Shown: positions 9,688-19,549 of the stretch, in pieces
Layout: each line of letters starts with the position of its first letter
Position numbering within the stretch: the first letter of the stretch is position 1
Source: Bacteroidota bacterium
Lineage (GTDB): Bacteria > Bacteroidota > Bacteroidia > Flavobacteriales > Flavobacteriaceae
Direction of reading: 5' to 3'
Length of the DNA: 64,000 bases
Assembly: GCA_023386585.1 (NCBI GenBank)
Contig: JAEWJM010000011.1
Location: forward strand, 397 to 64,396
Made by a program: the position numbers and the translations under genes
Notes under the pieces: generated by a model
What the model was told of the DNA's origin: nothing
What the model saw: the letters and a program-made list of their open reading frames with translations, nothing else
Databases searched by the model: none

Positions 9688-9724
9688 AAAAGCCATAAGT
9701 TTGATCCTTATGGCTTTTTTGTTT
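9688..9724 (+). terminator. Rho-independent terminator
   Basis: Perfect 12-bp stem AAAAGCCATAAG/CTTATGGCTTTT with a 7-nt loop, followed by a T-rich tail. Confidence 0.75.
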
Positions 9725-9727
9725 AGC

Positions 9728-9735
9728 TAATTTTG
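9728..9735 (+). promoter_or_regulatory. -7 box TAATTTTG (near-leaderless transcript)
   Basis: Exact match ending 5 nt before ATG 9741. Confidence 0.4.
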
Positions 9736-9740
9736 CAGCG

Positions 9741-10418
9741 ATGATAAAACAACTTTTCAATAACCTCCTTAAAACAACCGGGAAATCATATACGGTAGAT
9801 GAGCGAATTCCGGATAGCCTCATTGTTTACAACCTGTCAAAACGATTTTGGATGCGGTTGCGGGGAGTCGTCTGGTACCAACGCAAGATTTTTATCGGAC
9901 GAAATTGTACCGTACTCAACAAAAGCAATATCATTTTTGGAAAAAATGTCACCATCGACCACAATACGTTTATTGACGGCTATGCCTCGGAAAAGCTCGT
10001 TTTTGGCGACAATGTGAAAATTGGCGACCATTCACTTGTTACTTGCACGAGCCATTTGAGCAAGTATGGAAAAGGTCTGAAAATCGGCAACAATTCGGCC
10101 GTTGGAAGGTTTACCGAATTTGGCGCTTCCGGCGGTATCGAGATTGGAAACGACGTGATTATGGGTGCCTACATTTCATTTCACTCCGAAAACCACAACT
10201 TCGCCGATCGATCCCGGCTGATTCGTGAACAAGGGGTAACCTCTGTTGGAATTAAGCTTGGCAATAACATTTGGGTAGGCGCGAAAGCCACTTTTCTCGA
10301 CGGTTGTGTTGTTGGCAACAATTCCGTTGTCGCTGCCGGAGCAGTCGTAACCGGCGTATTTCCCGATAACTCAATTGTCGGTGGCGTACCCGCAAAAATC
10401 CTCAAGAACTTGGACTGA
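9741..10418 (+). CDS. Left-handed beta-helix (hexapeptide-repeat) O-acetyltransferase
   Basis: Hexapeptide periodicity: IGNNSAVGRFTEFGASGGIEIGNDVIMGAYISF and IKLGNNIWVGAKATFLDGCVVGNNSVVAAGAVV. Confidence 0.85.
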   Translation: MIKQLFNNLLKTTGKSYTVDERIPDSLIVYNLSKRFWMRLRGVVWYQRKIFIGRNCTVLNKSNIIFGKNVTIDHNTFIDGYASEKLVFGDNVKIGDHSLVTCTSHLSKYGKGLKIGNNSAVGRFTEFGASGGIEIGNDVIMGAYISFHSENHNFADRSRLIREQGVTSVGIKLGNNIWVGAKATFLDGCVVGNNSVVAAGAVVTGVFPDNSIVGGVPAKILKNLD

Positions 10419-10433
10419 ATCCAATAAAAAAAA

Positions 10434-10441
10434 TACTTTTG
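10434..10441 (+). promoter_or_regulatory. -7 box TACTTTTG
   Basis: Exact match 48 nt upstream of ATG 10490. Confidence 0.35.
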
Positions 10442-10489
10442 TAAAAACTTGAAATTGCAGGATGTTTTTCCGCAGTTTAGCTACAATAT

Positions 10490-11227
10490 ATGGCAAACGA
10501 TCAAAAACAGGCATGGCTTGACTTTTCTAAAGGAATCAGTACAGAACACATTAAAAATTCCTACCACAATCCCACCAGCTTTCAGTCTGATTTCAACATT
10601 TTACTGCGAGATCACATAAACAAGCATCGGGTGAAAAGCGCAATCGAAATAGGTTGCGAAGCGGGAATCAGCCTCATGCTGTTAAACAACGAGCTCGAGA
10701 AATCGACGTTTCTTGATTACGACGACACGATTCTGGCGAAAGTTGACAAGGCCGTCGCCGAACTTGATCTCAAAGGAACTCATTGCGTTTGCGAAGACAT
10801 GTTTACAATGAATTCGATACCGGATGAAAGCTACGATTTGGCTTTTAATTCGGGCGTGATCGAACACTATACGAAGCCGGTGCGCAAAAATGCAATTGCG
10901 TCTTACGCCCGGATCACCAAAAAAGGAGGATACGTGATCGTGGCATTTCCGAACCATTATTCATTGCCTTATCGCCTGTCATACCGATTGGGAAAAATGC
11001 TCGGCAAGAAAGTGTGGCCGTGGCCAAAAGAATACAAATTTTACGACCTCAAAGACGAAATGACGGCGGCCGGACTCGAATATCTTGGCCGGGTCACGAT
11101 GGATCGCGAAACAATTTTTAAGATTAAAGTCTGCAAGTACAAACCAAGCCGCGCATTTTTTGAGTTGCTGGATAGATTCATGCATTTCGAGGGTTATCTG
11201 ACGGTGTGCATTGCCAAAAAGCCGTAA
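10490..11227 (+). CDS. Class I SAM-dependent methyltransferase
   Basis: AIEIGCEAGISL (motif I), LAFNSGVIEH, GGYVIVAFPN. Confidence 0.8.
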   Translation: MANDQKQAWLDFSKGISTEHIKNSYHNPTSFQSDFNILLRDHINKHRVKSAIEIGCEAGISLMLLNNELEKSTFLDYDDTILAKVDKAVAELDLKGTHCVCEDMFTMNSIPDESYDLAFNSGVIEHYTKPVRKNAIASYARITKKGGYVIVAFPNHYSLPYRLSYRLGKMLGKKVWPWPKEYKFYDLKDEMTAAGLEYLGRVTMDRETIFKIKVCKYKPSRAFFELLDRFMHFEGYLTVCIAKKP

Positions 11228-11230
11228 GCC

Positions 11231-12499
11231 ATGAAGTCCCATGAGGCCACGGTGGTCAAAAATTTTACCTTCCTTTTTTTAAACCAGTTTTTCAACCTGA
11301 TCATTCCGCTGCTGGTCTTTCCGTTTCTGGTAAAGACTTTGGGATTGAAATTATTCGGACTCTACAGTTTTACCTATGCGGCAATGTTGTATTGCTTTAT
11401 GTTCTGCGATTACGGATTCAACTTTTCCGGCTCGAAATACATAGCCATCAATCGGCTGGATCACAAGAAGCGCGACACAGCTTTTTCCACTATAGTTTCT
11501 TTGAAAATTGTTATTGGGCTGATTATTTCGATGGTATGGATCGGCTTTATTTTTTTCGACACCAAATTCGAGGGCAACCGGTTTTTCGGACTTTTGTTTG
11601 TCGGAATGATAATCGGAAACGCAATCAATACACAGTGGTTCTTTCAGGGAATTGAGCAACTGGGCTGGTATTCGACGGTTAACTCGGTTGTCAAATTGGT
11701 GTCAAATGTGTTGATCCTTGTGGTGATAAAATCATCTGAAGACATTTACCTGATTCCGCTGCTTTATTCTGCAGCCTATATGTTTACGGGAATTATTACC
11801 ATCGGCATGGCAATCTGTTCTTCAAAAGTAAAATTTCGGTTTTTATCGTTTGATTCGTTCCGTCTTTTCCTGAAAGATGGTTTTGACAACTTCGTCACAA
11901 TAAGCACAACCTCGCTCGTATTTAACGGCACAATCATAATCCTCAGTTTTTTTGAAAAAAGCATACTGATCATCGGAATCTTCTCAGCGCTCGATCGCAT
12001 TGTCAAAATATTGGTATCCGTTTATGTTCCGTATTCAACCGCAATTTATCCGAGAAACATGGCCAATTTCCAGATCAGCGTCGATCATGGGAAAAAATCG
12101 GTAATCCGATACGGAGCGGTCGCGTTGATTTTCGCATCCTTGTGCATTGCCGCCATATTTGTTCTGGCAGATCCGATTCTGGGGTATCTGAATCCGGAGC
12201 TGGCAGCCTATTCAAACTGGTTGCGGTTGTTCTCAATCTGGCTCTTCTTCATCATTGTCAATAACCTTTTGGGATATCATTATATGAACGGACTCAACGT
12301 ATCTTCGGTGTTTCGCAACATCAATTTGGTATATACGGCAGTTACGGTGGCATTAATGGTTGCCGGTTGTTATCTTTACTCCTTCAGGGGCTGCATTACC
12401 GCTGTATTGGCTGGCGAAATTTTCCTCACCATAATGTTGGTCGGCTGGTACAGGTCGAAAAAATCCACGCCAAAAAGCAACTTAACAGCGATAACCTGA
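11231..12499 (+). CDS. wzx: MOP-family oligosaccharide flippase (Wzx)
   Basis: 422 aa with about 12 TM segments, an N-terminal pattern typical of Polysacc_synt proteins, and a position inside the glycan locus. Confidence 0.75.
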   Translation: MKSHEATVVKNFTFLFLNQFFNLIIPLLVFPFLVKTLGLKLFGLYSFTYAAMLYCFMFCDYGFNFSGSKYIAINRLDHKKRDTAFSTIVSLKIVIGLIISMVWIGFIFFDTKFEGNRFFGLLFVGMIIGNAINTQWFFQGIEQLGWYSTVNSVVKLVSNVLILVVIKSSEDIYLIPLLYSAAYMFTGIITIGMAICSSKVKFRFLSFDSFRLFLKDGFDNFVTISTTSLVFNGTIIILSFFEKSILIIGIFSALDRIVKILVSVYVPYSTAIYPRNMANFQISVDHGKKSVIRYGAVALIFASLCIAAIFVLADPILGYLNPELAAYSNWLRLFSIWLFFIIVNNLLGYHYMNGLNVSSVFRNINLVYTAVTVALMVAGCYLYSFRGCITAVLAGEIFLTIMLVGWYRSKKSTPKSNLTAIT

Positions 12500-12514
12500 T
12501 TTTAACGCGAGCGA

Positions 12515-13777
12515 ATGGTCATAAAAGTAAATCGTAATATCGGCTTTCAGATCCTATTGGGAATCTGCTGTGCGGTCCCATATCTGAGCAATTACGAATT
12601 GACTTTTGCCATCTGGTTGTTCACGGTATTCATTACGCTTAAAAGAAGCTATTCGGTTCGGTTCCTGAGTTACACGCTTTGCTTTATCGCCATTTTTCTG
12701 ATGGCGGTTCTCGCTACCGATTTCGAAAAGTCGGCAACTTACTTTATCATTCGCGATGTTACCTACATGCTAAAGCCGGCGCTTGGTCTTTTTCTCGGAT
12801 ATCAGATCTGCAGGTTCCTCTACAAGAATACAGTAGAAACGATTATTTACAGCGCGTTGGGAGTCTCATTGATTCACATTGCCATCCTGATAACCACTTT
12901 TTTGCGGTACCACTCGATCTCTGTTGCACTGCTTCGCGAACATGCCGGTTACTTCAGTGATTTTGAAGTCTATGGACTGATATTCCTGATATTTCACAAG
13001 CAGTTTGAGGTCGCCCTGACGCCAAAAAGATTTCGATTCTTATTGATTGCAATCGGATTCTCGGCGTTTATGTATTTGTCGCGGACCAATTTTATCCAAT
13101 TTGGAGTGCTATATCTGGGGATGAAAGGCTATTACGTACTCAACAAACGCGCGATCGCGGCCATTGGAGGCGCGGCGCTGTTGACGGTGCTGTTGTATTC
13201 CGCCGTTTTGGTTTACAATCCGAAAAGACAAGGTTCGGGATTTGAAGAATTCCTGTATAAAATCAAAGTTGCTCCGACCGAATCGTTCAAAACAAAAGTC
13301 GATGCGAGCGATTATAAGGATTTTAACACGAATTACCGATCGGTTGAAACAATTTATACGCTGCGGCAGATTGATGGGACTAAAAATGTTGTTTTCGGAA
13401 GCGGACTCGGCTCTCAGATCGATTTGAAACAGGAAGTCTATCTTGGCGATATGAAGCTACGGTTTATTTCGGTACTCCATAACGGCTTTATGACTACCTA
13501 TTTGAAATCCGGCCTTGTGGGCGTAACCATACTGTTGCTTTCGATTGTGATCCTTTTCCGCCAGAAAAAAAGCCGCATTCCAATTGTCAGGCAGTTCAAT
13601 TATTTGCTGGTCGGAACGAGCCTTTTTCTGCTGGTTTCGAATTGGGTTCTGATGGGTTACTATTTTACGATGGATTCAAAATCGATTCTCGTCGGACTTA
13701 TGCTGTGTTATACTGAAATTGCCCGAAGGAATTATGCGCAGCAATCTCCCGAAGACGTGCCGAAAAATCTAGAATAA
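12515..13777 (+). CDS. Wzy_C-family membrane protein (O-antigen polymerase or ligase-like)
   Basis: Polytopic, with a large loop followed by LHNGFMTTYLKSGLVG (H-N-x-aromatic ... G-x-x-G signature). Lies directly after wzx. Confidence 0.65.
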   Translation: MVIKVNRNIGFQILLGICCAVPYLSNYELTFAIWLFTVFITLKRSYSVRFLSYTLCFIAIFLMAVLATDFEKSATYFIIRDVTYMLKPALGLFLGYQICRFLYKNTVETIIYSALGVSLIHIAILITTFLRYHSISVALLREHAGYFSDFEVYGLIFLIFHKQFEVALTPKRFRFLLIAIGFSAFMYLSRTNFIQFGVLYLGMKGYYVLNKRAIAAIGGAALLTVLLYSAVLVYNPKRQGSGFEEFLYKIKVAPTESFKTKVDASDYKDFNTNYRSVETIYTLRQIDGTKNVVFGSGLGSQIDLKQEVYLGDMKLRFISVLHNGFMTTYLKSGLVGVTILLLSIVILFRQKKSRIPIVRQFNYLLVGTSLFLLVSNWVLMGYYFTMDSKSILVGLMLCYTEIARRNYAQQSPEDVPKNLE

Positions 13778-13795
13778 CGAAAAAAGCGGTTTTCT

Positions 13796-14941
13796 TTACA
13801 CCGAAACATCTGGCAAATAAAGGCCGATTTCCTTTTCCACAATGATGTTCTTGATTTGCTCACAGGCCGTTCCGTCGCCATACGGATTTGAAGCGGTTGA
13901 AATTTCAGAGTAGTATGCGAAATCATTCAGCAGTTTGGCCGTTTCTCCGACAATCTTTTGCTTATCCGAACCAACCAAAACGGCAGTTCCCGCGGTTACG
14001 CCTTCCATGCGCTCGGTGACTTCACGCATCACCAAAACAGGTTTTCCAAGGCTTGGCGCTTCTTCCTGTATTCCGCCCGAATCGGTCAGGACGATGTAAC
14101 TCTTGTTGATCATCCAGATGAGTTCGGCGTACGCCAATGGCGGAATCAGAATTATGTTTTCATCAACAAGCGTGTTGTAGGCAACATCACGTATATTTGG
14201 GTTCAAGTGCACCGCATAAACAATTTGTATGTTTTTTTGGGTCGCCACGATTTCGAGTAACGATTCACAGATTTCACGAAAAGGTTCGCCAAAATTCTCC
14301 CTCCGATGACACGTCACAAAAATTATCTTCTTATTGAAATCGATTTGACAGTATTTTTTAATGAGCCGTTCCTCATCGGAGGCATTAAACTTTCGCAGGC
14401 CTTCAAATAACGCATCGATCACGGTATTGCCAACCACATAAACATTCTTGTGCAACTTTTCTGCATTGAGGTAAAGCCTTCCGGTTTCTGTCGGGCAAAA
14501 ATGGTAATCGGCAAGCCTTGAGGTCAACACCCGGTTCATTTCCTCGGGAAATGGCGAATGCATGTCGTGGCTTCGCAATCCGGCCTCAATATGGACAATC
14601 TTGATTTTTTGATAAAAAGCAGCCAACGCCGATGCCATTACGGTCGTCGTGTCGCCCTGCACAAAAACAAAGTCGAAATCCTCTTTTAGTAAAATCTCAT
14701 TGGTGATCCGCGAAATCAAATCGGCGGTGAGTTGATGCAATGTTTGATTGTGCGTCATGATGTTGAGGTCGTAATCCACATCGATCTCAAAAAAATCCAG
14801 CACCTGATCAAGCATCTCCCGGTGCTGCGCCGTTACGCCAACCCTGACGTCGAATCGCTCATCGCCCGAAAAGCGGGCAATTAAAGGAGCAAGCTTAATG
14901 GCTTCAGGACGTGTTCCGAAAAGGAAAAGGATTTTTTTCAT
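13796..14941 (-). CDS. wecB: UDP-N-acetylglucosamine 2-epimerase (non-hydrolysing, WecB type)
   Basis: MKKILFLFGTRPEAIKLAPL, VQGDTTT, HIEAGLRS, TDSGGIQEEAP. The track start at 14950 adds MPP; I prefer 14941. Confidence 0.9.
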   Translation of the reverse strand: MKKILFLFGTRPEAIKLAPLIARFSGDERFDVRVGVTAQHREMLDQVLDFFEIDVDYDLNIMTHNQTLHQLTADLISRITNEILLKEDFDFVFVQGDTTTVMASALAAFYQKIKIVHIEAGLRSHDMHSPFPEEMNRVLTSRLADYHFCPTETGRLYLNAEKLHKNVYVVGNTVIDALFEGLRKFNASDEERLIKKYCQIDFNKKIIFVTCHRRENFGEPFREICESLLEIVATQKNIQIVYAVHLNPNIRDVAYNTLVDENIILIPPLAYAELIWMINKSYIVLTDSGGIQEEAPSLGKPVLVMREVTERMEGVTAGTAVLVGSDKQKIVGETAKLLNDFAYYSEISTASNPYGDGTACEQIKNIIVEKEIGLYLPDVSV

Positions 14942-14988
14942 CGGGGGCATAACCTTATGTACAAAGGGGTAAAACTACTAATAAAAAC

Positions 14989-14996
14989 TATATTTG
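14989..14996 (+). promoter_or_regulatory. -7 box TATATTTG
   Basis: Exact match 16 nt before ATG 15013. Confidence 0.45.
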
Positions 14997-15012
14997 CAAT
15001 TCTTTAAAGCAG

Positions 15013-16119
15013 ATGAAAGTACTTTTCCAGTCGCGGACAAACCTGTATGAAGCGCCGGGCGGCGACCTGATCCAGATACTTAAAACCAAGGAATTTCTCG
15101 AAAAGCTGGGAGTTGAAATCGACATTTCGCTCGACTTCGAGCCTGACCTATCGAAGTACGACCTTGTTCACCTGTTCAACCTGATGGAGCCGCAGGATAT
15201 CTACCTTCAGATGCAGAATGCACGCCGACACGGTAAGAAAGTTGCACTCTCAACGATCTACGGCTTATATACCGAATTTGAACGCAAAGCGCGTGGCGGA
15301 TTGTTCCAGAAAGTTGCCAACGTGCTTTCGCCTTACCAAATCGGTTACATCAAAACCCTGGTGAAGCATTACTCGGAAAAACGCTTCCACAAAGGCGTGT
15401 ACAAACTCTTGTTCAAAGGTTATTACGGATTGATGAAATCGATTGCCAATAACACCGATGTTTTTCTGCCGAACTCACAGTCTGAAATGGATCGCGTGGC
15501 AAGCGAGTTTAACCTTAAAAATTTCAATCATGTCGTAATTCCAAATGCAATCGACCGAAAGTTGTTTGGCAACACCGATGTCCCAACAGGCAAATACGCA
15601 CAATTTCAGGATTGCATCCTCTGTGCCGCACGCATCGAAGGCAGAAAATCAACCCTCAATCTGGTTCGCGCCGTAAAAGGAACCAACTATCGGCTGGTGC
15701 TTGCCGGAAAAGAGTCCCAAAATCAAAAGGAATTCGTGCGTCAGGTTCATGAAGAAGCAGGAGAAAACGTGACTTTTTTAGGTGCGGTTTCGCACGAAGA
15801 GTTGCGTGAACTCTACGCAGTTGCGAAAGTCCATGCGCTGATAAGCTGGATGGAAACGCCTGGCCTTTCGTCATTGGAAGCCGCGGCAATGAATTGCAAT
15901 ATTGTCGTCACCCGAAAAGGCGACACCGAAGATTATTTCGGAAACTATGCGTATTACTGCGAACCGGACAATGTTGAATCGATAAAAGAAGCTATCAACA
16001 TTGCCTATACTTCGCCTGTCGATCCTGCGCTACGCGAAAAGATACTAGACGAATTTGTTTGGGAAAAAACCGCAGAGCAGACGCTTAAAGCATATAAACA
16101 GGCTTTAGCGTCACAGTAA
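15013..16119 (+). CDS. GT4-family glycosyltransferase
   Basis: EX7E region ETPGLSSLEAAAMNCNIVV and GT-B-like length (368 aa). Confidence 0.8.
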   Translation: MKVLFQSRTNLYEAPGGDLIQILKTKEFLEKLGVEIDISLDFEPDLSKYDLVHLFNLMEPQDIYLQMQNARRHGKKVALSTIYGLYTEFERKARGGLFQKVANVLSPYQIGYIKTLVKHYSEKRFHKGVYKLLFKGYYGLMKSIANNTDVFLPNSQSEMDRVASEFNLKNFNHVVIPNAIDRKLFGNTDVPTGKYAQFQDCILCAARIEGRKSTLNLVRAVKGTNYRLVLAGKESQNQKEFVRQVHEEAGENVTFLGAVSHEELRELYAVAKVHALISWMETPGLSSLEAAAMNCNIVVTRKGDTEDYFGNYAYYCEPDNVESIKEAINIAYTSPVDPALREKILDEFVWEKTAEQTLKAYKQALASQ

Positions 16120-16156
16120 ATTGTGGAAGTCAGGTCAAATCTTTTTTAAAAACCGC

Positions 16157-16164
16157 TACTTTTG
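16157..16164 (+). promoter_or_regulatory. -7 box TACTTTTG
   Basis: Exact match. It overlaps the TTG at 16162 that the ORF track uses, which argues for a downstream start (16171 or 16186). Confidence 0.4.
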
Positions 16165-16185
16165 CGGCCGATGACAAAGCGAAAA

Positions 16186-17292
16186 ATGAAGATAGCAATA
16201 CTCGGAACCCGCGGAATCCCCAATCACTACGGAGGGTTTGAGCAATTTGCAGAATTTTTTTCAGTCTATCTTGTTGATCGTGGCCACGAAGTTTACGTTT
16301 ACAACTCGCACAATCATCCGCATCAGGAAAAAACATTTCGCGGCGTAAACATCATCCATTGCAACGATCCCGAGCATAAAATGGGAACATTCGGCCAGTT
16401 CATCTACGATTACAACTGCATAATCGACTCCAGAAAGCGCGACTTCGACATCATTCTTCAGCTCGGTTACACCAGCAATTCGATTTGGTTTTTCCTGCTT
16501 CCGAAGAAACCCGTCATCATCACCAACATGGACGGACTCGAATGGAAGCGATCCAAATATTCGCGTCCGGTGCAGCAGTTTCTCAAGTTCGCCGAACGCC
16601 TTGCCGCGATAAGCAGTGATTGTCTTGTTGCTGATTCGCTCGGAATCCAGACATTCCTTAAAAAACAGTATAAGAAGGATTCGACCTACATTGCTTACGG
16701 CGCATATCCGTTTAACGATCCCGACCCTTCGATTTTAAAGGAGTACGGACTTAAGCCTTATTCCTACAACATGATCATGGCGCGGTTTGAGCCGGAGAAT
16801 AATCTCGATATGGTGCTGGAAGGCGTCGTGATGAATGAATCGAAAAGTCCGATCCTGGTGGTCGGAAACCACAACACCAAGTACGGAGCCTATTTGAAAA
16901 GCAAGTTTCAAGATCACGGACATATTCGGTTTATGGGCGGAATTTACAATCTTGCCAACCTGAACAATCTGCGTTACCATTCCAATCTGTATTTCCACGG
17001 GCATTCAGTTGGCGGCACAAACCCTTCGCTTTTGGAGGCGATGGCGTCGCGTGCGCTGGTGATTGCACACAACAACGATTTTAACCGCGGCGTACTCAAA
17101 AGCAACGGTTACTATTTTTCTACACCCGCCGAAGTCAGCCAGATCATCAGCAAAGTCAGAAAAAATGATAACTTGCAAATGGTTGAAGCCAACTACAATG
17201 CGATCGTTAACGATTTTAACTGGGAAAAGATAAATGGCGAATATTTACGCTTATTTGAAGAGTGTTTTTCACAACACAGTAGCGCTCGCTAA
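16186..17292 (+). CDS. GT4 glycosyltransferase with DUF1972-type N-terminus
   Basis: MKIAILGTRGIPNHYGGFEQFAE is the N-terminal pattern I associate with DUF1972. C-terminal GGTNPSLLEAMASRALVIAH is present. Confidence 0.75.
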   Translation: MKIAILGTRGIPNHYGGFEQFAEFFSVYLVDRGHEVYVYNSHNHPHQEKTFRGVNIIHCNDPEHKMGTFGQFIYDYNCIIDSRKRDFDIILQLGYTSNSIWFFLLPKKPVIITNMDGLEWKRSKYSRPVQQFLKFAERLAAISSDCLVADSLGIQTFLKKQYKKDSTYIAYGAYPFNDPDPSILKEYGLKPYSYNMIMARFEPENNLDMVLEGVVMNESKSPILVVGNHNTKYGAYLKSKFQDHGHIRFMGGIYNLANLNNLRYHSNLYFHGHSVGGTNPSLLEAMASRALVIAHNNDFNRGVLKSNGYYFSTPAEVSQIISKVRKNDNLQMVEANYNAIVNDFNWEKINGEYLRLFEECFSQHSSAR

Positions 17293-18568
17293 AAAAGACC
17301 CGCCCCAATTTTTCCTCGCGCTGATTGTTGTCTCAATTCCATTGGGTTATGCCGTAAACAGCATTGCGCTTGTACTTTTTGTCCTTTCAACATTGTACTC
17401 TTTTCAGTTGCGCCACCTGCATTTGCGATTTTCACTGACTTTGCCGGTTCTTTTGTATTTGCTGATGGCGGTTTCGCTGATTTGGTCGGTTAATCCGGCA
17501 AGTACGTCGCAATCGCTTTCGAAGGAACTGCCATTGTTGCTGATTCCGCTTTGTTTCATGCTTTTTCCTATTACTTCAATAAACAGGAAACCGCAATTGG
17601 TTAAGATATTTTCCTGGGCAATGGCTGCTTTTGCAGTATTTTATCTGCTGAAGGCGGCCGTGCGGTTTGCGATCGGTGGCAACAGCAACGTATTCTTCTA
17701 TCATGAACTGGTAACCCTTGATGTAAATGCCATCCACGTTTCGGTATATTTTGCCGTAGCGTTCTTTTATTTCGCGCGGAAAAAATCCACACTTGAAATT
17801 GCAGCAGCAGCATTGCTTTTCCTGATGATCTTCCTGTTGAGTTCAAAAAATGTAATTGTCATTTTCTTGTTGTTATTTGCCGCTTTTGCCTTGCAGAAAT
17901 CCTTCAGTTCGGGAAAAAGGCGGGTGCTGCTCATTGTCGGATTGGCTGTTTTCATCATTGGATTGGCGCTTATTCCGCAAGTGCGCGACCGCTTCAGGAT
18001 CGAATACACTACAGCGATGACATCTGGCACTGTAAACGAAGACATCAGCACACCTCACGGGAAGGTTTACAATGTGAGCGTTGCTGATGCCTGGAACAAA
18101 GAAACTTTTGCAGCAAACGAATTCTTTCCGGGAATTGCTTTCCGGGTTTACCAGTTTCGGATTTTCACCGAAATGCTTTCGGAAGACCCTATTTTTTGGA
18201 AGGGATACGGACTCAACGCGTCCTACGCCAAGATTAAGGAGAAGACCGCCCAGCACAAGCTTTTTGCAGGAAGTGCAATTTCGCCTGGTTATCAGAACAA
18301 CAACTTTCATAACCAATACATCCAGGTTTTTTGTGAATTGGGGATTTTTGGCCTGCTTTTGCTTCTTGCGATGCTGGCCGTAAATCTTAAAAATGCCGTG
18401 CGAAGCAAAGATTTTGTTCACATTTCTTTTGCAGTTCTTATGATAAGTTTATTTTTGACAGAATCATTTTTGTGGCGGCAGCGTGGAGTTACTTTTTTCA
18501 CCGTGATGTATTGCCTTTTGAATGCCGGACGGTGGAATCTGCCCGGAAACGACAAAGATTTACTATGA
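17234..18568 (+). CDS. Wzy_C / O-antigen ligase-family membrane protein (second copy)
   Basis: Polytopic, with a periplasmic loop followed by [20 protein letters not shown]. The start is uncertain: ATG 17234 overlaps the upstream gene by 59 nt, and an in-frame TTG at 17255 is an alternative. Confidence 0.7.
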   Translation: MANIYAYLKSVFHNTVALAKKDPPQFFLALIVVSIPLGYAVNSIALVLFVLSTLYSFQLRHLHLRFSLTLPVLLYLLMAVSLIWSVNPASTSQSLSKELPLLLIPLCFMLFPITSINRKPQLVKIFSWAMAAFAVFYLLKAAVRFAIGGNSNVFFYHELVTLDVNAIHVSVYFAVAFFYFARKKSTLEIAAAALLFLMIFLLSSKNVIVIFLLLFAAFALQKSFSSGKRRVLLIVGLAVFIIGLALIPQVRDRFRIEYTTAMTSGTVNEDISTPHGKVYNVSVADAWNKETFAANEFFPGIAFRVYQFRIFTEMLSEDPIFWKGYGLNASYAKIKEKTAQHKLFAGSAISPGYQNNNFHNQYIQVFCELGIFGLLLLLAMLAVNLKNAVRSKDFVHISFAVLMISLFLTESFLWRQRGVTFFTVMYCLLNAGRWNLPGNDKDLL

Positions 18569-19548
18569 AAAGAATATTGATTACCGGAGCCGCGGGTTTT
18601 CTTGGTTCCCATCTTTGTGACAGGTTTATCGCAGAAGGATATTACGTCATCGGAATGGACAACCTGATTACAGGAGATCTCAAGAATATCGAGCACCTGT
18701 TCAGACACAAAAATTTCGAATTCTACCATCACGACATCACCAAATTTGTATTCGTTCCCGGCAAGTTGGATTACATACTTCACTTTGCATCGCCGGCAAG
18801 CCCGATAGATTATTTAAAAATTCCGATACAGACCTTAAAAGTTGGCTCGCTCGGGACGCACAATCTTTTGGGATTGGCACGGGTGAAAAAAGCGCGCATC
18901 TTGATCGCTTCGACTTCGGAAGTTTACGGCGATCCGCTCGTTCATCCACAAACCGAAGAATATTACGGGAATGTAAATACGATCGGGCCTCGCGGAGTTT
19001 ACGATGAAGCCAAGAGGTTTCAGGAATCGATTACGATGGCGTATCATACTTTTCACAATGTGGAAACCCGGATCGTCCGCATTTTCAATACTTATGGGCC
19101 AAGAATGCGGCTCAACGACGGCCGCGTAATTCCGGCTTTCATTGGCCAGGCGCTCCGCGGTGAAGATTTGACAATTTTTGGCGATGGTTCGCAGACGCGT
19201 TCGTTTTGCTATGTTGACGATCAGGTGGAAGGAATTTTCAGGTTGCTTCACAGCGATTATTCGCTTCCGGTTAACATCGGAAACCCCGACGAAATCACCA
19301 TCCGCGATTTTGCAGAGGAAATCATCAGGCTGACAGGAACCAAACAAAAAATTGTTTTTCATCCACTTCCAGTAAACGATCCGATGCAACGGCAACCCGA
19401 CATCACGAAGGCAAAGGCGATCCTCGATTGGGAACCAAAAGTGTCGCGCCGCGAAGGAATGGAAATCACTTATGAATATTTTAAATCATTGTCTGCCGAA
19501 GCACTCCTGAAACAGGACCACAAGGACTTTACAGGATATATTCACTAA
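18565..19548 (+). CDS. UDP-glucuronate decarboxylase (UDP-xylose synthase)
   Basis: [20 protein letters not shown] and [10 protein letters not shown] are hallmarks. The ATG overlaps the upstream stop (ATGA). The track ORF start at 18472 is an upstream extension. Confidence 0.9.
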   Translation: MKRILITGAAGFLGSHLCDRFIAEGYYVIGMDNLITGDLKNIEHLFRHKNFEFYHHDITKFVFVPGKLDYILHFASPASPIDYLKIPIQTLKVGSLGTHNLLGLARVKKARILIASTSEVYGDPLVHPQTEEYYGNVNTIGPRGVYDEAKRFQESITMAYHTFHNVETRIVRIFNTYGPRMRLNDGRVIPAFIGQALRGEDLTIFGDGSQTRSFCYVDDQVEGIFRLLHSDYSLPVNIGNPDEITIRDFAEEIIRLTGTKQKIVFHPLPVNDPMQRQPDITKAKAILDWEPKVSRREGMEITYEYFKSLSAEALLKQDHKDFTGYIH

Positions 19549-19549
19549 T

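Noticed and set aside
5549-13777. AT-richer part of the glycan locus considered as a mobile genomic island
   Set aside because: I saw no integrase, transposase, tRNA target or flanking direct repeats in the window. The lower GC rests on a few hand-counted lines only. I treat it as a possible lateral origin, not as a mobile element.
17873-18421. 182-aa minus-strand ORF, plus similar long antisense ORFs at 18835-19395, 22668-23282, 30615-31163, 33619-34101, 39092-39556, 47644-48108 and 58978-59436
   Set aside because: Each lies fully inside a gene with strong family motifs on the other strand. Their translations are low-complexity or Arg/Ser/Cys-rich, as expected for non-coding frames.
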